DNA from: Arcobacteraceae bacterium
Lineage (GTDB): Bacteria; Campylobacterota; Campylobacteria; Campylobacterales; Arcobacteraceae
DNA: 64,000 nt
NCBI GenBank assembly: GCA_963662945.1
Contig: OY759974.1
Location: 192,001-256,000, forward strand
Reading direction: 5' to 3'
Under the pieces are notes generated by a model. It ran no database searches, was not told the DNA's origin, and saw only the letters and a list, made by a program, of their open reading frames with translations. Both the position numbers and the translations under genes were made by a program. Positions 10,900-20,992 of this stretch are shown piece by piece (within the stretch, counting starts at the first letter, position 1; the number at the start of each line of letters is the position of its first letter).

Positions 10900-11631
10900 C
10901 TATAGTTTTTTATTTATAAGACTCTGTAACTTACTACTCCAAAGTAAGGCTGTATTTTCTTGTGATTGATGATGATCAACTTTATCTTTTATAATAAATT
11001 TATCATCAACTACATTCGTATCTTTATTCATTGTTTCTTCTGTAATATCAATATAATCAAGACCATATTTTATTGCAAGTAGTTTTAATTGTTCATTAAA
11101 TTTTAAGGTAAGACTTGTTCTTTCTAATTGCGTAGTTGATATTGTATCTCTCAATGCAACCTCACTACTATTTTTTTGTCCATCCCTTACTGTTGGCAAA
11201 ATTGCACCTGAGAGAATAATTCTTTTCTTATATGGCAACAATTCTTTTATTAGTAACTCATATCCTCTTATTGATATCGAAATATTATCATATGCACTAT
11301 TCTTATAATCTTGTGCTTTCTTCCATAAGATATAAGCACAATCAACTTCCCCTAATTGTATTATAATTGTATTATAAGTTTTAAACCTATTAAGCTCACT
11401 TAAAAAATGTTTTAATGTTTGACTTGATGAATTACTATTATTTAAACCATAAGCAGTTGCACCACCTACAACTTTAACATTTATCAAATGAGGTAATATT
11501 AAATTATGATCATTGATATACTCAAATACACCACCATGTGAATCACTAAGAACTAAAATTTTTTTACCATTTTGAAAATAGTTTATTAACTCTCGATATC
11601 TTTTTTGTAATGATTTTTTAATCTTACTCAA
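10900..11631 (-). CDS. SGNH/GDSL hydrolase-like protein
   Basis: VLSDSH (block I-like), GGATAYG, LGEVDC and C-terminal DHH. Confidence 0.55.
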   Translation of the reverse strand: MSKIKKSLQKRYRELINYFQNGKKILVLSDSHGGVFEYINDHNLILPHLINVKVVGGATAYGLNNSNSSSQTLKHFLSELNRFKTYNTIIIQLGEVDCAYILWKKAQDYKNSAYDNISISIRGYELLIKELLPYKKRIILSGAILPTVRDGQKNSSEVALRDTISTTQLERTSLTLKFNEQLKLLAIKYGLDYIDITEETMNKDTNVVDDKFIIKDKVDHHQSQENTALLWSSKLQSLINKKL

Positions 11632-12727
11632 AGCTTAAAATCCTTTCACTTAATTTTAGAACATCATCTGCTGTAATTTGCAACATACACTCTTGATATT
11701 TACAATTTTTGGCAATACAAGGATTACAAGTTTTCTCTTTTTGAATATATAGATGAATATTTTGATCATAACAAGCATTAGTTCCTATATGATTAGCAAC
11801 TACAAAAAAACCTATTGTTGGAACTTTCAATGCTATTGCAATATGTAGAGGACCTGTATCAGGAGTAATCAATAAATCCAATGTTCCAATTAAAGCAGCT
11901 GCACTACCTAATTGAAATTTTCCAGCTAAATTAAACACTCTTGAATTATTAATTCCTTCTTCTACTTGATTTGTTAACTTCACTTCATTTGGTGCACCAG
12001 TAAGGATTATAATAGAATTTGGATATTTTAATAGTAACTTTTTACCTAAATCTACCCATTTATCACTAAACCACATTCTACTTACTGTTGATGCACCTAT
12101 TTGAAAACCAATTACGATAGCAGAATTATCTATACTTTTACTCTCTAAGTAATTGAAAACTTCATCTTTCCAACTATCTTTTAATACTATATCCATTCGA
12201 GGGTCATCCTCAAATATATTTAGATATTCAAGTTGCCTTAATCTATCGAAAATCCCATGTCTATCACCATAAGCACTTATTGGTAAATTTGTATGAAATT
12301 TATTGTACTCATTTTTATTATTTGGTATTTTAATAATATATTTTGAACCAGATAATAATGCAAGTGGTGTTGCTTGTGGTTCATTAGAATGTAAAATTAA
12401 TGTAGCATCAATTTTTTTTGTTTTTAATATTTTTAAAACTTGAAAAAACTTCTTCCATCTACCATCATACAAAATAATTTCATCAATGTATTTATTTGTT
12501 TCAAATAACTTATAATTTGTTGGATTTAATAATACAATCAATTTTTTATCTGGATAATGTAACTTTAAACTTCTAAATACTGGCGTACTAAAAAGAGTAT
12601 CACCAATTGCTGTGTTTGACATTAATAAAATATTATGAACACTATCCATAGGAATATGTTCTAATTTATCAACTTTTTTATTTTTAATTAAAAAACTAAT
12701 TCCTAATTCAAATAAATCAAATTTCAT
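11624..12727 (-). CDS. GT9 glycosyltransferase
   Basis: TAIGDTLF, DTGPLHIA and C-terminal CNPC...C motifs. Confidence 0.85.
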   Translation of the reverse strand: MKFDLFELGISFLIKNKKVDKLEHIPMDSVHNILLMSNTAIGDTLFSTPVFRSLKLHYPDKKLIVLLNPTNYKLFETNKYIDEIILYDGRWKKFFQVLKILKTKKIDATLILHSNEPQATPLALLSGSKYIIKIPNNKNEYNKFHTNLPISAYGDRHGIFDRLRQLEYLNIFEDDPRMDIVLKDSWKDEVFNYLESKSIDNSAIVIGFQIGASTVSRMWFSDKWVDLGKKLLLKYPNSIIILTGAPNEVKLTNQVEEGINNSRVFNLAGKFQLGSAAALIGTLDLLITPDTGPLHIAIALKVPTIGFFVVANHIGTNACYDQNIHLYIQKEKTCNPCIAKNCKYQECMLQITADDVLKLSERILSFE

Positions 12728-13677
12728 ATTTTTTTAATACCATTAACAATCAATTCAGGTTTAATATTGTTTGCCATTTTTGTTTTATCTTGTATCACCA
12801 AATCTTCATATCCCCAAGGAGCCCATTTGGTCATATCTGTTTTACCACCAATCGATATTGTCTTGGTACCAACAGCAGGAGCTAAATGCATTGCACCACC
12901 ATCAAGAGTAATAAATAATTTTACATTTGTAATCAAACCACCTAAATCTTGTAATGAAGATGTTTGAATAAATGTAGCTTTTGTATTTTCCTCTAACCAA
13001 ATTGCCGATTCAAAATCATCTGGTTCTGCACTTATCAAAATTTTATAATCATCTAATTGTTCAAAAACTTGTTTAAATTTTTCCTTATCATATTTATTTT
13101 CTTTTATTCTTGAAGATATATGAAAAAGTATATTTTCATTGTATTGTGTATATTTATCACTTAATTCTTGATCAATATGATATAAAGTATTCTCATTATT
13201 ATACTCAACACCAAATTCTTTCAAACAATCAAAACAAAATAAAACTTCATGTTGGTTATAGTTTAATTTAACATGATTTGTAAAATTATCTTTTCCTTTT
13301 TGATTTTGAACTCCTACTTTATATTGAGCATTTGTAATATTTGCAAAAAGTTCAGCAGACTTTGAATAACCACTCCTAAATATAACAACTACATCATAAT
13401 TTTGTTTTTTTATATCTAGTAAAATTTTTAACTTACCTAAACCTGCTTTTATTTTTTCTAATAAACTTTTTTTATGTTTAGGTTTTGTATAGCAATATAT
13501 TTTATCTACAAATGGATTTTTATAAATTGCATCATAATTATATGAATTTACGACAATATCTATTTGATTATTAGGATATTTCTTTCTTAAAGCCTCAATT
13601 GAAGGTGTGGTACATATTAAATCACCTACATTGTCATTTCTAACAAGAAGAATCTTTTTATTCTCAATATCTATCAC
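12724..13677 (-). CDS. GT9 glycosyltransferase
   Basis: RNDNVGDLI, LDGGAMHLA and KWAPW motifs. Confidence 0.85.
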   Translation of the reverse strand: MIDIENKKILLVRNDNVGDLICTTPSIEALRKKYPNNQIDIVVNSYNYDAIYKNPFVDKIYCYTKPKHKKSLLEKIKAGLGKLKILLDIKKQNYDVVVIFRSGYSKSAELFANITNAQYKVGVQNQKGKDNFTNHVKLNYNQHEVLFCFDCLKEFGVEYNNENTLYHIDQELSDKYTQYNENILFHISSRIKENKYDKEKFKQVFEQLDDYKILISAEPDDFESAIWLEENTKATFIQTSSLQDLGGLITNVKLFITLDGGAMHLAPAVGTKTISIGGKTDMTKWAPWGYEDLVIQDKTKMANNIKPELIVNGIKKI

Positions 13678-14438
13678 TGTGGTTTAACCTTTGCATATAT
13701 ATATCCTAAAAAATTATTTGAAAAGATACTTAGGTTCTTTTTTAACCACTTTGCATCTTTTTTGACAGCAATTCTTTTTATCTCTCTTAGTTCATTATTA
13801 GGGAGATTTATCCCTCTTTTAGTGGTAAAAAGTATATCAAATTTTTCATTATTAGCTTCTTGTATTAATTCACTTGAATAAATACCTCTTGGCCAACAAA
13901 GGTAATGATCTTCAAATCCTAAATTTTCTTGAATAAGTTTTTTTGATTTTATAAATTCATCTTTCCAACTAATACTTGAAAAATAATCATCCCTATGTGT
14001 ATGTGTATGTGAATGAATATCAAAAACATCATCCATTTGTTTTAATTCATCCCAACAACATAATACACTTCTTGGATTTAGTGGTACTAAATTCTTACAT
14101 TCAGTATGATTTTTTTCACTATATTCACAATTTCCTGATTTAGAAGCTTCATCTATCCATTGTGTAACAATAAAAAGTGTTGCTTTTAAATTATATTTTT
14201 TTAAAATAGGATAAGCATAAATAAAATTATCTCTCCAACCATCATCAAAAGTTATTAGTACAGATTTTTTAGGAACTTTTAATTTCCCTTGCTTAAATTG
14301 ATAAAACTCATTACTTGTAAGAGTTTTCCAATTATTCTCATATAAAAACTTCATTTGCTCTTCAAAATTCTTTACGCTACTAGCTATAAAACTATCTTGT
14401 GAAAGTATATGATGATACATAAGTACTGGTACACTCAC
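13674..14438 (-). CDS. Polysaccharide deacetylase (CE4), probable LPS core deacetylase
   Basis: VLMYHH, ITFDDG, HSHTHTH and WPRG motifs. Confidence 0.88.
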   Translation of the reverse strand: MSVPVLMYHHILSQDSFIASSVKNFEEQMKFLYENNWKTLTSNEFYQFKQGKLKVPKKSVLITFDDGWRDNFIYAYPILKKYNLKATLFIVTQWIDEASKSGNCEYSEKNHTECKNLVPLNPRSVLCCWDELKQMDDVFDIHSHTHTHRDDYFSSISWKDEFIKSKKLIQENLGFEDHYLCWPRGIYSSELIQEANNEKFDILFTTKRGINLPNNELREIKRIAVKKDAKWLKKNLSIFSNNFLGYIYAKVKPQ

Positions 14439-14443
14439 CTTAA

Positions 14444-15496
14444 TTATCCTACTAATTCTTTATAAAGTTTTTTTGTATCATCCATCATTTTTTCTACTGA
14501 AAAAGTTTTTAAAATAAATGCTCTTGTATTGGATTTTAATTCATTTAATCTTGTTTCATCGTCCAAGAGATTATTAATTTGCTTTTCTAATATATCAAAA
14601 TCATCAAATAAATAACCTGTTTCTCCTTCACTTAAAGCTTCTGGGATACCTCCAACATTTGAAGCAATTACAGGAACTCCACAACTTTGAGCTTCTAGTA
14701 AACTTGTTCCTAAAGCTTCATGTCTAGATGCTAAAATAAATAAATCAAAATTTGGCAATAACTTATCAATATCATCTCTATGCCCTAACATAATAACTTT
14801 ATTGTTCATATTAAAATCTATGATAGTTTGTTGTATTTCCTCTTTCATTGGTCCATCACCAACTATAATTAATTTAGCATCTCCCTTAACCTTTGAAAAT
14901 ACCTTGATAAGTTCTTGGTGTCTCTTAGCTGCTCTTAAAACTGCTACACAACCTACAAGTTTAGTATCTTTTGGAATATGTAATTCTTTTCTTAAATCAT
15001 ATACAAGTTTGTTACTAAATTTATCTGTATCAACACCTGTATAAATATTAACTATTTTTTCTTTCTTAACACCTGCACTTATTAGATAATCTTTAACTTG
15101 GTTACTCACGGTTACAACTTTTGTAGCTAAGTTATAACTAAAAGGTTTTACTGGAACTATTAAATGTCGAACTCTAACCACTTTTGTATTCGTTAGTAAC
15201 CCTACAATATTTCCTATCCAAGCATCTTTCCCTGAATGAGTTGAGATAATATCTATCTTATTCTTTTTTACAAACTTACATAGAGTAAAAATTGTTTTTA
15301 AATTGTAAATTTTATTAAGCTTGACTGTAAAAAAGTCAGCATTTATTTCATTTTTTTTCTTATAAAGTATACTATCCTCTTCCACCGCCCAAAAAATTTT
15401 ATATTCATTATTCGGTAAGTGATTTACTAACCTTACTGTTCTTTTTTCTTGTCCACCCCATCCTCTTGAACTTTCCATCTCTAATATATTAATCAT
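14444..15496 (-). CDS. GT4 glycosyltransferase
   Basis: GWGGQEKR, EALGTSLLEA and VGGIPE motifs. Confidence 0.88.
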   Translation of the reverse strand: MINILEMESSRGWGGQEKRTVRLVNHLPNNEYKIFWAVEEDSILYKKKNEINADFFTVKLNKIYNLKTIFTLCKFVKKNKIDIISTHSGKDAWIGNIVGLLTNTKVVRVRHLIVPVKPFSYNLATKVVTVSNQVKDYLISAGVKKEKIVNIYTGVDTDKFSNKLVYDLRKELHIPKDTKLVGCVAVLRAAKRHQELIKVFSKVKGDAKLIIVGDGPMKEEIQQTIIDFNMNNKVIMLGHRDDIDKLLPNFDLFILASRHEALGTSLLEAQSCGVPVIASNVGGIPEALSEGETGYLFDDFDILEKQINNLLDDETRLNELKSNTRAFILKTFSVEKMMDDTKKLYKELVG

Positions 15497-16598
15497 TATT
15501 CATCTGCTTTATATTTTCTTTTATAAAATTTACATCTAACTTCATTAGACAATCACTTATCTTACTACCTTCACAACCATCTTTTCCACAAGGTACACAG
15601 TCCCAATTTTCTTGAATGACTCTATGTTTTCCCATGGTTCTAAATCCTTGTCTAGTTATATATCCTGACTCCATTAAATCATTATCCCAAGGACCCCAGT
15701 GATCTGCACCACTTGGTCCAAAAAAAGCTAATACTGGAACATTATTTGCTGCACTTATATGCATAATAGCAGTATCAACTCCGATAAAAAGCTTTGCTTT
15801 ACTATTTAGATACGCAGTTTGTTTTAAAGTAAATCTTCCTGCAAGATTTATTGGACGCGTACTACACAACCTTAAAATATTCTCTAATCTTTCTAACTCT
15901 TGTTTAACTGGTGCAGCTGTAAGTACAACTTGTCTATTTAATTCAATTTGACAATAATCAATAATTTGTGCCATTGTTACATCATTGATACACTTAAACA
16001 TCCATCTTGAAACTGGATGTATATGTATAAAGTTTTTTCCCAATAGCCCTTCATCTTTTAAAACAGTATCTACTGTAGTAACATCTTCATCACTCCAATA
16101 TATCGATACTTTTTTTTCTTTTATTGGTAAATCTAACACCCTTAAACTATCCAAATCCATCTCAATAGTATGTCGAAATCCTTGACTTGGTAAAATCAAA
16201 TCAAAAACATTTTTAGTAAGAAAGTTTTTCCCACTTTTATACCCAAGCTTCATATCTGCACCACTTAAAAGTGCTATTTGTGCACCTCTATCACCTTTAG
16301 TAGTATTGACAATCATATCATATTTATTTTTTCTAATTTGTAACGCAAATTTTATCTCTGCAATAACTCTTTTAAATAGTGATAAACTTTTAATATATTC
16401 TCTATCATAAATTAAAACTTCATTGATATTTGGATTTAAAGTGACCATATCTTGTGTCCCTTTATTAACGGCTATATCAATTAAAGCATCGGGGTAATTT
16501 AATTTCAAATTTTTAATTAAAGGTGTAGTAAGTAACACATCACCAATATTGCGAAATTTCATAATTAATATTTTTTTAGGATTTAATTTTTTATTCAT
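15489..16598 (-). CDS. waaQ: LPS heptosyltransferase III (GT9)
   Basis: KFRNIGDVLLTTP, GDRGA, HPVSRWMFKC, VDTAIMH and CVPCGKDGCEGSK, matching the RfaQ pattern. Confidence 0.8.
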   Translation of the reverse strand: MNKKLNPKKILIMKFRNIGDVLLTTPLIKNLKLNYPDALIDIAVNKGTQDMVTLNPNINEVLIYDREYIKSLSLFKRVIAEIKFALQIRKNKYDMIVNTTKGDRGAQIALLSGADMKLGYKSGKNFLTKNVFDLILPSQGFRHTIEMDLDSLRVLDLPIKEKKVSIYWSDEDVTTVDTVLKDEGLLGKNFIHIHPVSRWMFKCINDVTMAQIIDYCQIELNRQVVLTAAPVKQELERLENILRLCSTRPINLAGRFTLKQTAYLNSKAKLFIGVDTAIMHISAANNVPVLAFFGPSGADHWGPWDNDLMESGYITRQGFRTMGKHRVIQENWDCVPCGKDGCEGSKISDCLMKLDVNFIKENIKQMNND

Positions 16599-17305
16599 TT
16601 AATATATTTCCAAAAAGTATATTGAGCATATAGTTTTGCTATCACGAAACCATGCCAACCATCCATAAATCCTCTTTTTAGTACGTATAGTTTTAAAAAA
16701 GTCCAGTATGGATTTATGATTGCTTTTGCTATATTTTTTTTCTTATGATTTAAACTTGAGTATCTATTTTGTTTTGTGATAAACTCTTCAATTGAATCAT
16801 AGGCTAAATGGATAATATCATTTTTTAAGTGTGTTGTATTTGTTATTTGTACACTTTCATGTACCTCTAATTCACTAAATTTCCCTTTTTTTCTATTAAA
16901 AAGTCTAATTGTATAGTCTGGGTATAATCCACACGTTTTTATATCTTTTCCAAAAAAGTTATTGAGTCTTGGTACAAAATATCCATCATACTTTGGATTT
17001 TGTAACTCTTGAAGTATCTCAAACTGTAACTCTTTAGAAATTCTCTCATCACTATCAAGGACAAATACCCAATCATGACTAGCTAGTTCTACAGACTTTT
17101 GTTTTTGTTTCCCAAAACCTAACCACTCTTGATGCATAACAGTTGCACCAAGTTGTTTGGCTATATTTAGTGTATCATCTGTTGAACCACTATCTAATAT
17201 CAATACTTCATCTGCAAACAAACTTGATTTTATAGCATCAGCTATAACGCTTTGTTCATTTTTTGTAATGATTACAACTGAAAGTTTATTTGTAGAGATG
17301 TTCAT
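16595..17305 (-). CDS. GT2 glycosyltransferase, WaaE/KdtX-like (start revised to ATG at 17305)
   Basis: SVVIITKNE, DSGSTDDT, GFGKQKQ, LDSDE, YPDY and GFMDG motifs. Confidence 0.85.
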   Translation of the reverse strand: MNISTNKLSVVIITKNEQSVIADAIKSSLFADEVLILDSGSTDDTLNIAKQLGATVMHQEWLGFGKQKQKSVELASHDWVFVLDSDERISKELQFEILQELQNPKYDGYFVPRLNNFFGKDIKTCGLYPDYTIRLFNRKKGKFSELEVHESVQITNTTHLKNDIIHLAYDSIEEFITKQNRYSSLNHKKKNIAKAIINPYWTFLKLYVLKRGFMDGWHGFVIAKLYAQYTFWKYIK

Positions 17306-18176
17306 ATTGATTCTTCCATCTTTGGTGAAGCCAAAACCACTCTTGTGGCTTTTTTTCAATTACTCTTTGTGTAACATCTGCTTGTGTTTGTACACATTTT
17401 AAAATATCTTTCTCTTTATCTCCCGTATCTTCATATTTAAAAGGTTCATAAAATTCAACTGTATATTTCTCATAATCATTAGTAGTTATATAAGCTGGTA
17501 TAATCAAGGCATCAAATCTTTTTGCAATCAGTGCAACACTTGGAGTATGTCTAGCAACTTTACCAAAAAAGTTGATTAATATCCCCTCTTCATTTTTTGT
17601 ATTCTGGTCTACAAGAATACCAACTGCTTCATCTTTTTTCAGAGCCTGAATCATCCCTTTCATAGCTCCATGTTTACTTATTACATTCATATTATGTTGT
17701 GTTCTATTTGCTTCTAAAATCTCATTCATGACATCACTATCAAGTTCTCTTCCAACTGTAGTCATTGGTATTAACTTTGCAGATATCGCTAAACCTAAAA
17801 GTTCCCAATTCCCATAATGAGCAGTTAGAAATATAATTTTTTCTTGATTTTTAATTGCATTTGTTACATAATTTTCATTTTTAAACGTTACTTTTGAAAG
17901 AAGTTCTTCTCTTGAAATTCCTTGATTTCTTACAAAATCAGCAAGTGTATATATAAGATTTTTATAACAAGCTTTAATAGTATTTTCTTTTTCCAATTCA
18001 CTCATCAAATTTTCATAAGCTAAATCTAAATTAACTTTCGCAATTTTTCTATGTTTTGTATCAAGTTTATAAATTATCCAAGCTAAACTATTTAATAAAA
18101 AATTTAAAATTACTTTTGGAGTATATTTAATAAAAAACTTAAAAATATAAAATGTATATAAATAAACTTTATCCAA
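17286..18176 (-). CDS. lpxL: Lipid A late acyltransferase (LpxL/HtrB family)
   Basis: TAHYGNWE, LVDQN, FFG and WFWLHQRWK motifs. Confidence 0.88.
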   Translation of the reverse strand: MDKVYLYTFYIFKFFIKYTPKVILNFLLNSLAWIIYKLDTKHRKIAKVNLDLAYENLMSELEKENTIKACYKNLIYTLADFVRNQGISREELLSKVTFKNENYVTNAIKNQEKIIFLTAHYGNWELLGLAISAKLIPMTTVGRELDSDVMNEILEANRTQHNMNVISKHGAMKGMIQALKKDEAVGILVDQNTKNEEGILINFFGKVARHTPSVALIAKRFDALIIPAYITTNDYEKYTVEFYEPFKYEDTGDKEKDILKCVQTQADVTQRVIEKKPQEWFWLHQRWKNQYEHLYK

Positions 18177-19161
18177 TTAATAATTCCTTCGCTATCTCAC
18201 ATATTTTTTGTGCTTTTATTTCTTTAATACTAAAATCATTCTTATTTAATTTCAGAGGATTAACATAACTATCCGACTTAACTACTTTATTAATCCTCGT
18301 TATATAGGTATTTCTATACTCAGGCGTATTTCCAAATATTGTAATTGAAGGAATATTTAATGCCCATGCTATATGTGTAGGACCTGTATCGGCACCTATA
18401 ACTAACTTTGAATTGCATATTATACCGATTAAGTCATTTAGACTCCCTTTAGGTGCTACTTCTATCAAACTACTCTGTTTTTTCAACCATTGAGCAATTG
18501 AATGTTCTTCTTGGTTTCCCCATACAACTGTAATATTTCTATTTAATCTTTGAGCTAATTCTAAAAATTTTTCTTTTGGATATATTTTATTGACTTTCGA
18601 AGCACCTACTACAAATACAATATCGTATTGTAAATTTTTATTTTTTGTGGAGAATAAAAAAGGTTCTTTTTGTAAGATATCATTGTGTTTAATAGTTATG
18701 CTTAAAGCATTTGATATTAATTTACAATTTCGATCTATTACATTTTTTTCATAAGCAATACTCACAGTTTCATCATAAAACCAGCTTGCCATTTTTTCAC
18801 GTATAGAATCTTTATCAAATCCTATAATTTTACTTCCAACTATTCTACCACCAACTATTTTTGATACAATAGCAGACTTTAAAAGTCCCTGGGCATCAAT
18901 TACTAAATCATAATTATTTTTACCATAACTATTTAATAATTGTAATTGTTTAAATATTTCTAACTTGTTGTTTTTAATTGATTTAAGATTTACTGTTAAG
19001 ATATTATCAATATGAGGATTATTTTCTAAAATTCCCTTAAAAGACTCTTCGACAATCCAATCTATCTGTACTTCAGATATTTGCTTTTTGATAAACTGTA
19101 ACACAACCATAGTATGAATAATGTCACCCATAGCAGATAACTTAACAATACAAATTTTCAT
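18169..19161 (-). CDS. waaC: LPS heptosyltransferase I
   Basis: KLSAMGDIIH, DAQGLLKSA and DTGPTHIA motifs. Confidence 0.93.
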   Translation of the reverse strand: MKICIVKLSAMGDIIHTMVVLQFIKKQISEVQIDWIVEESFKGILENNPHIDNILTVNLKSIKNNKLEIFKQLQLLNSYGKNNYDLVIDAQGLLKSAIVSKIVGGRIVGSKIIGFDKDSIREKMASWFYDETVSIAYEKNVIDRNCKLISNALSITIKHNDILQKEPFLFSTKNKNLQYDIVFVVGASKVNKIYPKEKFLELAQRLNRNITVVWGNQEEHSIAQWLKKQSSLIEVAPKGSLNDLIGIICNSKLVIGADTGPTHIAWALNIPSITIFGNTPEYRNTYITRINKVVKSDSYVNPLKLNKNDFSIKEIKAQKICEIAKELLIG

Positions 19162-19162
19162 T

Positions 19163-20641
19163 TTAGTCTAGTTCTACAACTATGTCTTTTGGTAATTCTA
19201 TCTTAATAAGATCACTTTTTATAAGATGATTTTCATCTTCTGAACTTACTTTTAGAAGATTATCTTCAAGTACAAAATCATATTTTATTTTTCCATATTC
19301 TGTATTTAACGTTAAATTTAAAGTCATCATAAAATTTAACCAGTGAATTGTATCTATTGAAGGTAACAAATTACCAAATTGATTTATATCGTCAGTTTTA
19401 GGAAGTGCTTTACCACTATATTTTGCAACAATTGAGATTAATACTTTTTCTTCATGAGAAAATCCATAATTTAATCCATTTAAAATAAACCAAAAAGAGT
19501 TTTCTTGCGTTTTATAAAAATTCAAAGATTGTCCAATAAGCTGTAACTTTGAAGCAATAACTAAAATTGAACTATATTCTGAACTTAATTGATGTAATGG
19601 TTGTAATACTTCAAATATTTTTTTTGCATTATTTCCTAAATATGCACTTTGTGTATGATCATCTACAAATCTATCTAGTAAACTTCTCACACTAGGATTA
19701 AAGTTTGATGGAAACTTATGATTTGCTGTTCTTAGGATATCGCATAAATATACCCCTTCTCTTACACCAACTCCACTCGTAATAACATTTTGAACTTGAA
19801 AATATTCTAAAATTGTCTTAAAAATAAAAGTTCCAGTGGCAATAGTATCATATCTATCTTTTCTAATACCTACTTGTCTTAATTCTTTTTTTGTTTGTGC
19901 ATTAATTATAGTATCAAATAATCCTATATTTTGTTCTACACTATATTTAAATCCATGTAAAGTATCTATAGGATACTGTATGTTTTGTATAACACAACGA
20001 CTAAGAGCTCTTGAAGTTCCACCTAGTCCAATAATATGTTCAAAAAGATAATAATATGTTGTAAAAACTTCTTTATTATTTTCAATCTGACTCACTATGT
20101 AGTTTTTTGCACCTTTTAAATCATTTTTATTAAAAAACAATTCTTGAATTCTTACTGTTCCTATATTCAAAGATATAGTTTCAACTATTTTTTGTTCTTT
20201 AACAAATGCAAACTCAGTACTTCCACCACCTATATCCATTGTCACAAAATCATTACAATTTAAAAGATTTAATGCAGCAACTCCACCATAATACGCTTCT
20301 TTCTGCCCATCAATTACTTTTATATTGAGTTTTAATTCTCTAGAAACTCGATTTAAAAATAATTTTGCATTTGGAGCATCACGTAAAGCAGAAGTGGCTA
20401 CACATAATATTTTTCGCGATTTTAAATTTTTCGCAATATTAAGAAAAGATTTAAGAGCATCGTAGGCTCTTTGCATAGGAATTTCTTGTAGGTTACCATC
20501 ATTTTCATAACAACCTTCACTAATTTTTACTTTTGATTTTGATTCATTTATTAAATGAAAAGCATATCGACTGGTCTTTTTAAAAACAACCATCCGCATT
20601 GAGTTCGAACCAATATCAATGATGGTTGTTATTTTTGCCAT
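19163..20641 (-). CDS. ppx: Ppx/GppA exopolyphosphatase
   Basis: IDIGSNSMR, ATSALRDAPN, DIGGGSTE and GVREG motifs. Confidence 0.92.
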   Translation of the reverse strand: MAKITTIIDIGSNSMRMVVFKKTSRYAFHLINESKSKVKISEGCYENDGNLQEIPMQRAYDALKSFLNIAKNLKSRKILCVATSALRDAPNAKLFLNRVSRELKLNIKVIDGQKEAYYGGVAALNLLNCNDFVTMDIGGGSTEFAFVKEQKIVETISLNIGTVRIQELFFNKNDLKGAKNYIVSQIENNKEVFTTYYYLFEHIIGLGGTSRALSRCVIQNIQYPIDTLHGFKYSVEQNIGLFDTIINAQTKKELRQVGIRKDRYDTIATGTFIFKTILEYFQVQNVITSGVGVREGVYLCDILRTANHKFPSNFNPSVRSLLDRFVDDHTQSAYLGNNAKKIFEVLQPLHQLSSEYSSILVIASKLQLIGQSLNFYKTQENSFWFILNGLNYGFSHEEKVLISIVAKYSGKALPKTDDINQFGNLLPSIDTIHWLNFMMTLNLTLNTEYGKIKYDFVLEDNLLKVSSEDENHLIKSDLIKIELPKDIVVELD

Positions 20642-20893
20642 TTAGTCTTCTTTTTCCAATTGATCAAATTTAAACTGTAACTCTTCCATTGTTTCTTGAT
20701 TGTCAGGATCTAAAACGATACAATCAACAGGACAAACTTCAATACATTGAGGCTCATCAAAACTTCCGACACACTCTGTACATAAATCCGAATCTATAAT
20801 ATATATCGGATCTCCCTCTTCTATAGCGATATTTGGACACTCTTCTCTACAAGCATCACAAGCAATACACTCATCTGTTATCATTAATGACAT
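20642..20893 (-). CDS. YfhL-type 2x[4Fe-4S] ferredoxin
   Basis: CIACDAC...CP and CTECVG...C...CP motifs. Confidence 0.92.
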   Translation of the reverse strand: MSLMITDECIACDACREECPNIAIEEGDPIYIIDSDLCTECVGSFDEPQCIEVCPVDCIVLDPDNQETMEELQFKFDQLEKED

Positions 20894-20992
20894 ATAAACT
20901 TTCCTATAATTAAATTTAATGGATTTATAACCTAATTTTCTTTAATAAATTCTTTAATTATATTAAGTACATATAATTTTTACTTTTTTAAC

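Noticed and set aside
5620-17305. Phase-variable poly-G/C tracts in LPS glycosyltransferases
   Set aside because: No long G/C homopolymers were seen and all the GT frames are open
17306-17359. N-terminal extension of the GT2 ORF in the ORF track
   Set aside because: Overlaps the lpxL 3' end; GT2 similarity starts at MNISTNKLSVVI (17305)
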